From: an uncultured Candidatus Saccharibacteria bacterium
GTDB taxonomy: Bacteria > Patescibacteriota > Minisyncoccia > Phycocordibacterales > PALSA-1337
NCBI GenBank assembly: GCA_964645315.1
Contig: CAZYBH010000001.1
Coordinates: 32,405 to 96,404 of the forward strand
Direction: 5' to 3'
DNA: 64,000 nucleotides
The position numbers and the translations under genes were made by a program. The notes under the pieces were generated by a model. The model was not told the origin of the DNA and did no database searches. It saw only the letters and a program-made list of their open reading frames with translations. Shown here one piece after another: positions 47,792-57,554 of the stretch. The first letter of the stretch is position 1. Every line of letters begins with the position of its first letter.

Positions 47792-48931
47792 GTGATGAGT
47801 GAAATAAAAAAAGAAAAATGTGAATTTCCAAATAATCCACCAAGTGCAGTTTCGGCAATCGATCAGCTACTGGCTTTTTGTGTAGACATCAGGGCTTCCG
47901 ATATTCATTGCGATCCCGAAGAATTGTCGATCAAAGTTCGGGCTCGCGTTGACGGCATAATGCAATTGATCGGCTATTTACCAAAAAAACTTTATCAAGA
48001 GTTCATTACAAGACTCAAGATCCTTTCAGGTACAAGGACTGATCTTCATCTAGTACCCCAAGACGGCCGATGGAGAGCTTCGGTTGATGGGTATTACTAC
48101 AATATTCGCATTTCATTTATGCCCACTTATTACGGAGAAAATGCAGTACTTAGGATATTACCGGCTCGAGCAGATGATATAGAGACTTTCGTTGGGCTTG
48201 GTTTTAGTGCGAATCATCAAGATCTCATCAGAACTTCTCTTAGTTACAAAAACGGCCTAATCCTTGTCACTGGTCCGACCGGATCGGGCAAGACTACGAC
48301 ACTTAGATCGTGTCTTGGTCTCATTGCTCGCGAACCTATTTCCATCATCACTCTTGAGGATCCGGTCGAATACGAAATCCAAAATGTCAGACAAATCCAC
48401 ATCCGGCACGATCTTGGTGTAAGTTTCGCTTCAGCTTTGAGATCGTGCTTGAGACAAGATCCCGATGTCATTATGGTGGGAGAGATTCGAGACTCTGAGA
48501 CTGCCAAGATTGCGATCCACACAGCTCTCACTGGTCATTTGGTCTTATCTACATTACATACAAATTCTGCTCTTGAGACAATACCTAGACTTATCGATAT
48601 GGGTGTCGATGACTATCTTCTATCATCCACTTTGCGCTTGATTATATCCCAAAGGTTAATTCGTAAAGTTTGCATAAGATGTCACTTCAAGACTTGTGAA
48701 CAGTGCAATTATACTGGTTACAAGGGTAGAGCTGTCATCGCGGAAGTGCTAGAAGTCGATCAAGTTTTGGCCCATTTGATCTACAAAAAAGCCGATCTGG
48801 AACAAATAAAAAAGCACATATTTTCTCGTGGTTTTATCCCAATATACGAAGATGCATGCGAAAAAGTCGATTGGGGCATGACCACAAAACAAGAAGTAAT
48901 GAATATCCTAAATAGCCATGACAAAAAATAA
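47792..48931 (+). CDS. type II secretion / type IV pilus assembly ATPase (GspE/PilB family)
   Basis: Walker A VTGPTGSGKTTTL, Asp box, Walker B IMVGEIRD, His box, tetracysteine CIRCHFKTCEQCNYTGYKG. Confidence 0.85.
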   Translation: MMSEIKKEKCEFPNNPPSAVSAIDQLLAFCVDIRASDIHCDPEELSIKVRARVDGIMQLIGYLPKKLYQEFITRLKILSGTRTDLHLVPQDGRWRASVDGYYYNIRISFMPTYYGENAVLRILPARADDIETFVGLGFSANHQDLIRTSLSYKNGLILVTGPTGSGKTTTLRSCLGLIAREPISIITLEDPVEYEIQNVRQIHIRHDLGVSFASALRSCLRQDPDVIMVGEIRDSETAKIAIHTALTGHLVLSTLHTNSALETIPRLIDMGVDDYLLSSTLRLIISQRLIRKVCIRCHFKTCEQCNYTGYKGRAVIAEVLEVDQVLAHLIYKKADLEQIKKHIFSRGFIPIYEDACEKVDWGMTTKQEVMNILNSHDKK

Positions 48932-49967
48932 TTTTAAAATAAAAAAGTCTGATCTCATATTGTTTTTTAATCGTTTGGAAATGTATATTTCATCTGGTTT
49001 TGCTATCGACAAGGCTCTTGCGATAATCGCTTCAAGTTCGGGCAAAAGACTCAAGAGACCGCTCGATCTTATTGGTAATGATCTCGGTAGTGGCGAGCAT
49101 TTGTCCAAATCTCTATTACGAAGATTTTCTATAAATTCCAGTTTATTCAATTTGATTGAGAATGGCGAAAATTCTGGCAGGCTAAAGGAATCACTGATAT
49201 TTTGTTCAGAATTATTGGAGAAGGAGAGCAATCTCCAAAAAAAGTGCCTTGGTGCTCTTACATATCCACTTGTCATCGGTATATTTTCTTTCGGTCTGAC
49301 ACTATTTCTCATTCAAGGTGTTATGAAACAGATTATACCCTTGCTCCGAAGCCTCAAGATTGCTTTGCCTATTAGTACAAAAATACTTATTTTCTTCTCA
49401 TCTTTTATAACAAAATATTATTTATTGATAATTATATTTTTGATTATCATAGTGCCACTTTCTCATTTTATTTATAAGAAATATCAAATCACAAAGTACT
49501 TATTTCAAAAGTTTCTTATCAAGATTCCTATTTTGGGCAAGACAATAATTCAATATCAAGCTTTTATAGTGACAAAATCCATAGGCTCACTCCTTAGGGC
49601 AGGACTCGGTATAGATTCTGCTTATAGAGATGTCTTTTTTCATTGTCGCCTCATTCCATTCCGCGATCATTTCATGGCATATTCAAGACAGATCACTGAA
49701 GGCTTGCCAGTCTATATTCCTTTTTCCAAATTTCATTTAGCCATATACATACCAGCTCTTATCGAAGCTGGCGAGCTTTCTGGTCAATTGGCAAATTCCT
49801 TTATCAAATGTTCTGACTTGATAGAGAAGGATATGGATAGTTTTATCAAAAGATTTACCGTACTTATCGAACCATTGATGATGATTTTGGTCGGTAGCAT
49901 TGTCGGCTTTGTCGCTGTTTCGATTATGTTACCGATTTATAGCATTTCAAATACCCTCCAAAAATGA
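48918..49967 (+). CDS. type II secretion system protein F / PilC-like inner-membrane platform protein
   Basis: Two GspF-type repeats with 3 TM segments. Overlaps the GspE stop (operon). Confidence 0.7.
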   Translation: MTKNNFKIKKSDLILFFNRLEMYISSGFAIDKALAIIASSSGKRLKRPLDLIGNDLGSGEHLSKSLLRRFSINSSLFNLIENGENSGRLKESLIFCSELLEKESNLQKKCLGALTYPLVIGIFSFGLTLFLIQGVMKQIIPLLRSLKIALPISTKILIFFSSFITKYYLLIIIFLIIIVPLSHFIYKKYQITKYLFQKFLIKIPILGKTIIQYQAFIVTKSIGSLLRAGLGIDSAYRDVFFHCRLIPFRDHFMAYSRQITEGLPVYIPFSKFHLAIYIPALIEAGELSGQLANSFIKCSDLIEKDMDSFIKRFTVLIEPLMMILVGSIVGFVAVSIMLPIYSISNTLQK

Positions 49968-51367
49968 AAAATTCAAATCGTCCAAATTTACGAGGAAGTC
50001 TGCTTTTAGATTTTATGATGGCTTTTTCTATTGGTCTATTATTTACAAATTTTATATACACCATAAATAGTCAGACAAGATTATTATTAAATAAAGCCGA
50101 GGATAGCATTGATTTTATTTCCAACTATCAAGTTTTGAAGGGTCAAGTTTCTTCACAAAATTTGCAATCTATATCCTCATCATCATTTATCATGGCCAAA
50201 AAAAGCTATGGCAATTATTTTATCCAAAATTACTTTTTGAGTACCAGTTCAGATCATTTATTGAATGAAATATTTACAAATATTCAAGTCGAGAAGTCAG
50301 ATGGTAAGGATTTATGCAATCCACTCATCCATGAAGAATATCCAATTGGATCCTATGAAGATTACAAAGATCTAACAAGTAACGGTACAAGTACTTATGG
50401 TATATCGATTAGGAATATAAATATACCTATTTCTGTCGACAATATTCCCACAGATTTCCTGGTTCGCAGTGGTATTGCCTATATTAGTCTCGATTCAAAC
50501 ATCCAAAATGATCCAGATATAATTGTGATCGATATAAGAGGTGAGCCAAAGATATTGTCTAGCCTCAATACTGGCCCTGGTATATCGTCTCTGGCTTTTG
50601 TTGGAGATCGGATATTTGCTTCGGTTTTAAGTACTACAAATCAGGTCCAGATTATTGATTTGGACAATAATCGCAAATTAAGCTTAGTAACAAAATACAA
50701 ATTACCATTACCATATGCGACGGCGACACCACCGCTTGGTAGCAGTATTAGTTTCAACTATCCATACATTTATCTAGGCACAAATAAATGGGACGGTGAT
50801 GAATTTAATATTCTGTCTCTGACTGGTAATTCTCTTACAAGAAATTCCGGTTTTGAAGTGGGAAGTAAGGTCAATTTTATAGATTACGATGCCAAAAGTA
50901 TATATTTATCTGGCTCAAACCAAAATCAATTATTGAGATTGGACTATGAAGGGAGTTCAATTTTGCAAAGTGAGAGATTTGGTCCGAGCGGTTACGAAAG
51001 ACAAGAGGGCAAAGTCACGCATATATTTGAAGATTCATTATATTTTGGCCGCACCAGTGGCGGTTTTGATTTGCCAAATGATCATGAAATATTCTCATTT
51101 CCTCATACTTTAGCCGATACAAAATTTGACAATCCATACTCGATAAATATCACCGGCGGTATATATGGCATTGTCGCCGACAAAAATAGCCTCTTTGCAA
51201 TAACGAGAATTCCCAATTCAGAATTATTAGTATTTGATAGAAATCTCCATACAATCCAGAACGTCTCATTGCCAATAAGTCCAAAAGCATTGCATTGTGA
51301 TATGGACAAGCTTTATGTCCTTGCAAATAATGCTCCATTTATCAGTGAAATAACAATAAAAAAATGA
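49964..51367 (+). CDS. hypothetical pilus-associated protein with degenerate prepilin-like N-terminus (RGSLLLD + hydrophobic helix) and large beta-rich domain
   Basis: Stop/start overlap with gspF. N-terminal TM after a G|SLLLD-like motif. Rest has no recognised family (PilY1-like or minor-pilin-like is speculative). Confidence 0.5.
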   Translation: MKNSNRPNLRGSLLLDFMMAFSIGLLFTNFIYTINSQTRLLLNKAEDSIDFISNYQVLKGQVSSQNLQSISSSSFIMAKKSYGNYFIQNYFLSTSSDHLLNEIFTNIQVEKSDGKDLCNPLIHEEYPIGSYEDYKDLTSNGTSTYGISIRNINIPISVDNIPTDFLVRSGIAYISLDSNIQNDPDIIVIDIRGEPKILSSLNTGPGISSLAFVGDRIFASVLSTTNQVQIIDLDNNRKLSLVTKYKLPLPYATATPPLGSSISFNYPYIYLGTNKWDGDEFNILSLTGNSLTRNSGFEVGSKVNFIDYDAKSIYLSGSNQNQLLRLDYEGSSILQSERFGPSGYERQEGKVTHIFEDSLYFGRTSGGFDLPNDHEIFSFPHTLADTKFDNPYSINITGGIYGIVADKNSLFAITRIPNSELLVFDRNLHTIQNVSLPISPKALHCDMDKLYVLANNAPFISEITIKK

Positions 51368-51513
51368 ATAAAAAAGGCTTTACTCTTATTGAGACTATCA
51401 TGTACATATTTTTAACATCTTTTTTGCTTTCAAATCTTATAAATTTTGGCTTCTATATTTACAGAGATAATAATAAAAATAATGAACAAATTAATAACCT
51501 TTTTTCAAAATAG
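51364..51513 (+). CDS. unannotated mini pseudopilin-like ORF (49 aa) MNKKGFTLIETIMYIFLTSFLLSNLINFGF...
   Basis: Not in the ORF track (short). Perfect prepilin motif KKG|FTLIE plus a hydrophobic helix. ATGA overlap with the upstream gene stop. Confidence 0.5.
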   Translation: MNKKGFTLIETIMYIFLTSFLLSNLINFGFYIYRDNNKNNEQINNLFSK

Positions 51514-51865
51514 AAAAAGTGATAATAGGGGTTTCGTCGCTTTTACTGCTAGTTTTATTTTGGTCTTTTCTTTATTTTATTTCAGCTTGATTTTATTAGA
51601 AAATAGCTTTAGCGCCTATGATTTTGCAAAAAGAAATGAGTATCGTATTCAGGGCAATTTCAATATAAAATTTTGCCAGAATTATGCAAAACTGATGATC
51701 TCAAAAGATTACTATCTTTCTGGTTATTTCAGTTTGTCATTCGGTTGCTCCCTATTTTTTATTAGAAATGGAAATGCTGTCCAAGTACAAGCGAGTACAA
51801 CTATTGGAGATATTGTATTTAGAGATACAAAACTTTATGAGATAGGCAATTATGAAATAAAATAG
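51482..51865 (+). CDS. small membrane-anchored hypothetical protein (pseudopilin-like N-terminus NRGFVAFTASFILVF)
   Basis: ORF-track 51446..51865. Hydrophobic N-terminal helix after a basic stretch. Last gene of the putative pilus/secretion operon. Confidence 0.4.
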   Translation: MNKLITFFQNRKSDNRGFVAFTASFILVFSLFYFSLILLENSFSAYDFAKRNEYRIQGNFNIKFCQNYAKLMISKDYYLSGYFSLSFGCSLFFIRNGNAVQVQASTTIGDIVFRDTKLYEIGNYEIK

Positions 51866-52807
51866 CTATTTTGCTTTGAGGTGAGAATAGATATCCTCTA
51901 TCGCTTTGACGGCATCGCCTACTGCTATGTTATTTTGGTGATAGAGTCCGTCAGTGCAGTCTCCTGCTGACCAAATGCCTTTTGTATGAGTTTGCTGAGT
52001 CTTTGCATCTACCGGTATGCGGTTGAATTCATCGAGTTTGATTATCTCTTTTGCAAAATCGGTATTTGGCAATGAACCAATCTCTACGAATATTCCAGAG
52101 ACGGGTAAATCGATATCTTTGTTTGCTTTGGTGTCTCGATATACTATCGATGAGACGAATTTGTCACCTTTGACTTCGACAGGTACGGCGTTTTTTATTA
52201 TTTTGACATTTTGATTGCGACTGACCGCCTCGATAGTACCAGGGTCTGCGCGGAAATTTTCGCTACGATTCAATATGTAGACATTTTTGCAATATGCCAT
52301 GAGTTGGGCAGCGCTATCGAAGGCAGCATTTCCACCTCCGATCACAGCTACATCCATGTCAGAGTATAGCGGGCCGTCGCAGGTAGCACAGTAGGTAAGA
52401 CCCTTATGTTCGAAAATATCTGCTCCTGGGACATCGAGCTTGCGCCTATGACTACCAGAGACGATGAGCACGGTACGAGCTTCGTACCAACCCTTGTCCG
52501 TCTGGATTGAATAGCTATTTGATGGTAAATGTGGGGAAGAGGATTTTTTGATATTGATGCATTTTTCGCCTTCCCGTATATCGATCACACCGTCTGCATA
52601 GGTCTTCACGTGATTTTCGAGGCTTTTTGATAGGTCTGATCCGGATATAGCTACTGTACCGATCCAGTTTTCGATCTTTTCGGAGACAGCACTCTGACCA
52701 TACCAGTCTTTTGTAATAAAAACGGTCTTGAGCCTTTTCCTTGCTGCATAAACGCCAGCTCCTGCACCAGCTGGTCCACCTCCGATTATTGCTAGATCGT
52801 ATAACAT
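51866..52807 (-). CDS. trxB: thioredoxin-disulfide reductase
   Basis: FAD site IIGGGPAGAGAG, redox-active CATCDG, NADPH site GGGNAAFD. Confidence 0.9.
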   Translation of the reverse strand: MLYDLAIIGGGPAGAGAGVYAARKRLKTVFITKDWYGQSAVSEKIENWIGTVAISGSDLSKSLENHVKTYADGVIDIREGEKCINIKKSSSPHLPSNSYSIQTDKGWYEARTVLIVSGSHRRKLDVPGADIFEHKGLTYCATCDGPLYSDMDVAVIGGGNAAFDSAAQLMAYCKNVYILNRSENFRADPGTIEAVSRNQNVKIIKNAVPVEVKGDKFVSSIVYRDTKANKDIDLPVSGIFVEIGSLPNTDFAKEIIKLDEFNRIPVDAKTQQTHTKGIWSAGDCTDGLYHQNNIAVGDAVKAIEDIYSHLKAK

Positions 52808-52832
52808 GGGACTATTTTATCATAAATAATTA

Positions 52833-53807
52833 TTAATGGCAGACTCTTTGAAATTCGGTGCGATCTTGGATAGAAGGGGAGGTGACCGAGCTTTCATTGT
52901 AGGCATTCATGATAGAATCCTTGCCTTCAACATGGTCTAGGCCTAGAGCATGACCAAATTCATGGGCGAGTACTCTAGTCAGTTTATTGTTATCTTTGAA
53001 TTCATAAATATTGATATTTTGACCTTTATTATCTCTGACATATTCGCCCTCTTGGAATTCTGGTCCTGTACTTTGGCTGACATTATTGAAGGTACTGATC
53101 TTACCATTTATATCTTTGTTTAATGAATTCAATTCTTTAACTTTTGCATTTAATTGATCAACGAGATTATTTAGTTCGCGGTTTGCAGTATTTATATCGG
53201 TAGCTTTTTGATTTAGAGCTAGGCGCTCTCTTTCTATTTGATTGAAGCTATCTTTGCTAATTGATTTTTGTGCATTTAGCTTAGCTAAATCTTTTTCATA
53301 AGTAGATTTGCTTGCTTCATATTGGCTGACTAGATTATTTATACTTATTTTTTTGTTTTCATATTCCTTCTTTAGAGAATTGAATTGCAATTCAAGGTCA
53401 TTGTAATTAGATTTGCTATTTTCTATATTATTATTTATTTGATTTAGTTTGTCTGTCGTTCTTTGTCTTTCATCGTAGATCAAGTTAACCGCCAATTTAT
53501 AATTTGAAAAATCGGACAAGTTTTTTGCTTTTTGTTCATTGTAGATAAGGACATCATTTCCCTGGATTTTATTCCAAATAGAAGCGGAACTTTCCAATTC
53601 TTTTATGAAGCTCTCTTTTGTCTTGTCGAATCGTTCATCGAAATTGTTTACATAATAATAGATCGGTTTTGAGCAAGGTTTGTCTATACCAATATATGTC
53701 AGTATGTCTTCATAGACTGGCACATAGCGATCTTTATTGAAAATGACTATAGAAGCGGATGTAATCAGTAGAATTGATACCAAACTGTACTGCAGAGGTT
53801 TGCTCAT
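52833..53807 (-). CDS. membrane-anchored coiled-coil protein with C-terminal matrixin-like zinc metalloprotease domain
   Basis: HEFGHALGLDHVEGKDSIM (HExxHxxGxxH + Met-turn). N-terminal TM. Long N/Q/K-rich coiled coil. Confidence 0.7.
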   Translation of the reverse strand: MSKPLQYSLVSILLITSASIVIFNKDRYVPVYEDILTYIGIDKPCSKPIYYYVNNFDERFDKTKESFIKELESSASIWNKIQGNDVLIYNEQKAKNLSDFSNYKLAVNLIYDERQRTTDKLNQINNNIENSKSNYNDLELQFNSLKKEYENKKISINNLVSQYEASKSTYEKDLAKLNAQKSISKDSFNQIERERLALNQKATDINTANRELNNLVDQLNAKVKELNSLNKDINGKISTFNNVSQSTGPEFQEGEYVRDNKGQNINIYEFKDNNKLTRVLAHEFGHALGLDHVEGKDSIMNAYNESSVTSPSIQDRTEFQRVCH

Positions 53808-53828
53808 TAACTAATATTGTACATTATT

Positions 53829-53880
53829 ATTTCTGTGCAAAAACTGTGTACAAAACTCCTGAGGCCTCGCCTCGGGAAAT
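53829..53880. repeat. perfect 52-bp direct repeat, copy 1 (atttctgtgcaaaaactgtgtacaaaactcctgaggcctcgcctcgggaaat)
   Basis: Identical to 54388-54439. Contains hairpin cctgagg-cctcg-cctcggg. Confidence 0.9.
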
Positions 53881-53932
53881 GGCTCAACAGAGCCGTCGTT
53901 GCGAGGTTTAACCTAGCAAAATGTAAAAACAC

Positions 53933-53960
53933 TTGACAAATTTGATGAGTATGCTATACT
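53933..53960 (+). promoter_or_regulatory. sigma-70-type promoter TTGACA-N16-TATACT (module copy B), preceded by palindrome-like gcgaggtttaacctagcaa
   Basis: -35 at 53933-53938, -10 at 53955-53960. Module 53881-53960 ~85% identical to 43826-43906. Confidence 0.6.
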
Positions 53961-53966
53961 TATCAC

Positions 53967-54378
53967 GGATAGTTGAGATGAGCAGACCGCAGTACTCATC
54001 TCACTAGAGCGACAAGAGTTCGGTTGTGAGGGTCTATCACAATCGAAAACACGCAGTCTCGAGAGGACTGATTAGGTCTCAGTGACCTGTTGTTAAAATC
54101 TTGTTGCTCCGGAAATCGTCTCTCGGTATGGGTGCTTATTGGAAGGTAAACACTCATATAATTGATAGCACTTCCACCGCCGACTCGACAGGGCGGTGCA
54201 GGATCAGGTAATCTCGGCGAGACCGGGGTAGGGCAGAAGCCCATTACCGTTTGATGCCACTTGAGGGACGTCCTCTTGGCTAGGTAAATTCCAGATCCGC
54301 GATTCTCAGGGGTGGCTTGCGATGAGTCCGCAACCCACACAGTAATATATACCCCCGGAACGGTCCGGGGGTTTTTTC
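53967..54378 (+). ncRNA. candidate structured RNA B (~410 nt, GC-rich, unidentified; ends in intrinsic terminator cccccgga-acgg-tccggggg + T6)
   Basis: GC-rich block. No RBS-preceded ORF. Consensus promoter upstream. Strong terminator at 54352-54378. Whole unit bracketed by 52-bp direct repeats. Confidence 0.45.
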
Positions 54379-54387
54379 TTTATCCAA

Positions 54388-54439
54388 ATTTCTGTGCAAA
54401 AACTGTGTACAAAACTCCTGAGGCCTCGCCTCGGGAAAT
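54388..54439. repeat. perfect 52-bp direct repeat, copy 2
   Basis: Identical to 53829-53880. Abuts the ftsZ stop codon. Confidence 0.9.
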
Positions 54440-55641
54440 TATTTCAACCTAGACCTTCGAAGGAATGCTGGAATAGCACCCCAATCGTCATCATCATCGA
54501 CTTTTTCTTCTACTTTCTTTATTTCGACTTTTGGACTTATGATACTAGCTGGATCTTTTTTGGGTTCAACTGGAGCATTGAAGATTTTGCCTTTTTCTTG
54601 GACCCTTTTCATGATATTTGAAACCGAAGATTCGGTCGGAGCGGGGTTGATGTTTTGTTGGACTGGACTAGGCTTGCTTACGGCGCTCTCGGGGAAGCCG
54701 GTAGCAATAACGGTGATCTTGATCTCATTCTTCTTGAGCTTATCGTCTCTCACAGTACCGAAGATGATTTTTGCTTCTGGATCGATTGACTCCGTAATAA
54801 CTTTTGCTGCGTCTTGGATCTCGAACATGGTCAAATCTTCGCCACCAGCGATGGAGAACAGAACACCTTTTGCTCCGATAATAGAGACATCAAGCAAAGG
54901 TGAATTGATCGCTGCTTTGGCTGCTTCAATCGCACGATTTTCGCCACTGGCCTTGCCTATGCCCATAAGTGCTGAGCCAGCATTCTCCATGATGGTGCGG
55001 ATGTCGGCGAAGTCTATATTGATAAGACCAGGGGTCGTGATGAGGTCTGATATGCCTTCGACCGCTTGTCTCAAGATCTCATCGCACATACCGAAGGCGT
55101 TTTTGACTGTGGTCTCTTTGCCGATAGCAGAAAGAAGGCGATCGTTTGGAATGACGATGATAGCGTCTACTTCTTTGCGAAGATCTTCGAGAGCCGCTTC
55201 GGCAATGCGTGTCCTTTGTCTACCTTCGAAATAAAATGGCTTGGTCACAACTGCAACGGTAAGACAACCAAGCTCTTTTGCTGTCCTTGCTACTACTGGA
55301 CTTGCTCCGGTTCCTGTACCACCGCCGACTCCGCAGGTGACGAAGACCATGTCTGCACCCTTTACTACTTCTTGGATCTCTTCTTTTGTCTCTTCTGCAG
55401 CTCTACGACCGAGATCTGGGTTCATGCCTGTACCTAGACCGCGAGTTAGATTTTTGCCGATATTGATGCGCTTCTTGGTCAAGGAGCGGTGAAGATCTTG
55501 GGCATCAGTATTGATTGCGACGAAATCGACTCCTCTAACTTTTGAGGAAATCATGTGGTTGATTGCATTTTGTCCTGAACCACCAACTCCGAGTACTTTT
55601 ATTCGAGCAAATGCTTCGATATCTGGCGTTAAGTTTGGCAT
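54439..55641 (-). CDS. ftsZ: cell division GTPase FtsZ
   Basis: [10 protein letters not shown], tubulin signature [16 protein letters not shown]7 loop NIDFADI. Start trimmed to MPNLTPD. Confidence 0.95.
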   Translation of the reverse strand: MPNLTPDIEAFARIKVLGVGGSGQNAINHMISSKVRGVDFVAINTDAQDLHRSLTKKRINIGKNLTRGLGTGMNPDLGRRAAEETKEEIQEVVKGADMVFVTCGVGGGTGTGASPVVARTAKELGCLTVAVVTKPFYFEGRQRTRIAEAALEDLRKEVDAIIVIPNDRLLSAIGKETTVKNAFGMCDEILRQAVEGISDLITTPGLINIDFADIRTIMENAGSALMGIGKASGENRAIEAAKAAINSPLLDVSIIGAKGVLFSIAGGEDLTMFEIQDAAKVITESIDPEAKIIFGTVRDDKLKKNEIKITVIATGFPESAVSKPSPVQQNINPAPTESSVSNIMKRVQEKGKIFNAPVEPKKDPASIISPKVEIKKVEEKVDDDDDWGAIPAFLRRSRLK

Positions 55642-55782
55642 GAATTTTATTCTTATTATCTTTATTGAAAAACGGTTTTCCTGTGAACATAAGCTCAAGG
55701 TATTCCTTGGTTGTATATTACCATAGGACTTTGTATATACAAGCAATTTACTAGTATATATAAAATATGTTGTATTTTTTTG

Positions 55783-56352
55783 CTATTGATTTAGGAAAAT
55801 CAAAAGTGCAACTAAAGTAACAAAAATTTCTGCATAGAAACTTGGTTGTTTGATATACATTTTCCAGAGATAATTCCAGTAGAATTTTATTGAACCAACT
55901 TCTATATGATGTTGTACAGATGCTGTTTCAAATTCATTTAGACCAGATAATTTGAATAGACAATATCTTCTTTGATTGAAAGGTCTAAGCCATTGTATGC
56001 CGTAGTCTATAGAATCAAATAGGAAATGGCTAAATGTACCAGCGAGTATAAGTATAGAAGTTGTCATAAGGAAATTTGAATTGATCAAATAGGCCAGTGC
56101 AAATATTATAAAACTAAATACCATCCAAAATAGCGGAAGATGAGTCATGAAATCTCTATGAGTCTGCTTTGTTGTTTTGAAAAGCTTTTTTGCCAAATAA
56201 AAAAGTAATAAATCTAAATCGGGCAATTCTCCAGATAAAATGCCGATAATATATAGAACGGTTAACTCGCTTGAAGAGAAACTTTGATTGATTGTTCCCA
56301 AAACGATTGTGGTAGAAATGAAACCACCAGCTAGATGACCGGGTAAGACCAT
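55783..56352 (-). CDS. polytopic membrane protein, possibly YdjM/DUF457-like membrane-bound metal-dependent hydrolase
   Basis: 4-5 TM helices. His-containing N-terminus MVLPGHLAGG.. and HFLFDSIDYG. Family assignment weak. Confidence 0.35.
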   Translation of the reverse strand: MVLPGHLAGGFISTTIVLGTINQSFSSSELTVLYIIGILSGELPDLDLLLFYLAKKLFKTTKQTHRDFMTHLPLFWMVFSFIIFALAYLINSNFLMTTSILILAGTFSHFLFDSIDYGIQWLRPFNQRRYCLFKLSGLNEFETASVQHHIEVGSIKFYWNYLWKMYIKQPSFYAEIFVTLVALLIFLNQ

Positions 56353-56353
56353 G

Positions 56354-57535
56354 TTATGGTAAGAATTGTTTTAGACCTTGTAAAATCTTCCTCCAAATTC
56401 TTTTTAGGAAAATGGATGAATTATCGAGCTCCGGACTTTCATCGGAATTGATCCCCCAAATGCATAAACCATAAGCTACTGCCCATGTCGCATCTTTGAA
56501 TGAAGACTTGGGATCGATATGATTGAGAGAACCTATCCTCGATGGTAATTTGAGATAAACCTTTGCAAGCGTGTCGATAGAATTTAGACCAGATCCGCCA
56601 CCAGTAATGATAATACCAGCAGGAAGCAAACCGTTTCTGCCAATTTTCTTGAGATGAGCTTCGATCAATTCGAATATATCTGAAAGTCTAGCAGCGATAA
56701 TCTCCTCGAGTTTTTTGCGAGGATAAGACGAGCCGGTGATCACACCGATCTTGATCTGTTCTGCTTCTTCGAGTGGTACTTTGAGACCAAGAGCGATATC
56801 GTTTGTAATATCGGTCGAGCCGATAGGGAAAACCTCAAGCGATGTCGGAATGTTATTTTCGAATACTGCTATCGAAACAGTCTCGGCGCCGATATTTGCC
56901 AAGACACAGCCGGCAATCTTTTGGGATTTGGTCAAAGTGACGAAACCGGCGGCAATCGGTGCGGCCATGACATCTTCTACTTCTATACCAGCTTCGTTTA
57001 CGGCGGAGACAAGATCAGTCACATGATGTTCGAGGCAGGTGATGAACAAAGTCTTTTGTTCGATCTTATTGCCCTTTAGACCTTCTGGTGTACCGAGAGA
57101 AGGGAAGCCGTCGATCTTGTATTGGAGAGGAATGTCGTAGATAATCCGACGATTTGCTATTTCGGCCTTAGGCATGTCTTTTTCGCATTGTTCGTGTAAG
57201 TTTTTGAGATCGAGGTTTGTAATCTCTGCGTCGGCCCGCGAGGTCATGACAAAACTATTGACTGTTGTACCCGCAAGACCTATACCAGAAATGCCGATAA
57301 AAGCTTTTTTTACTTTTATCTCGGCTTTTTCTTCGGCTATTGATACTGCCTTCTTGATGCTCATTGCTACATCACGGACATTTGTAACATAGCCATGTCT
57401 TACACCTTTTGATTCGGCCATACCGGAAGCAATAATCTTGGGTAAGCCTTTTTCGTTTTTTTCTTTGGCATTAGCAATTATGACTTTGACGTAATATGTA
57501 CCGACGTCGATTCCGGTTATTATATTTCGGGACAT
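56354..57535 (-). CDS. ftsA: cell division protein FtsA
   Basis: Actin-fold phosphate-1 motif IITGIDVGTYYVKV. Adjacent to ftsZ. ~390 aa. Confidence 0.85.
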   Translation of the reverse strand: MSRNIITGIDVGTYYVKVIIANAKEKNEKGLPKIIASGMAESKGVRHGYVTNVRDVAMSIKKAVSIAEEKAEIKVKKAFIGISGIGLAGTTVNSFVMTSRADAEITNLDLKNLHEQCEKDMPKAEIANRRIIYDIPLQYKIDGFPSLGTPEGLKGNKIEQKTLFITCLEHHVTDLVSAVNEAGIEVEDVMAAPIAAGFVTLTKSQKIAGCVLANIGAETVSIAVFENNIPTSLEVFPIGSTDITNDIALGLKVPLEEAEQIKIGVITGSSYPRKKLEEIIAARLSDIFELIEAHLKKIGRNGLLPAGIIITGGGSGLNSIDTLAKVYLKLPSRIGSLNHIDPKSSFKDATWAVAYGLCIWGINSDESPELDNSSIFLKRIWRKILQGLKQFLP

Positions 57536-57554
57536 GTTGGAGTGAAAGAGTGAT

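Noticed and set aside
47316-47795. 159-aa plus-strand ORF and overlapping 80/67-aa minus-strand ORFs in the GC-rich islet
   Set aside because: Mutually overlapping on both strands, with no Shine-Dalgarno. The plus ORF runs from GC-rich into AT-rich DNA and ends just before the gspE start. More consistent with non-coding GC-rich sequence.
53967-54378. Attempt to assign RNA candidates A/B (and the 47.3-kb islet) to RNase P RNA, tmRNA or SRP RNA
   Set aside because: Could not find the GGAAAGUCCGG/ACAGAAnCCGGCUUA P4 strands, a tRNA-like GGUUCGAnUCC 3' end, or the GGAA-tetraloop domain-IV motif by eye. The only weak resemblances seen were UAGGGCAG in B and GGAGGAAAC in A, so identity is left open rather than asserted.
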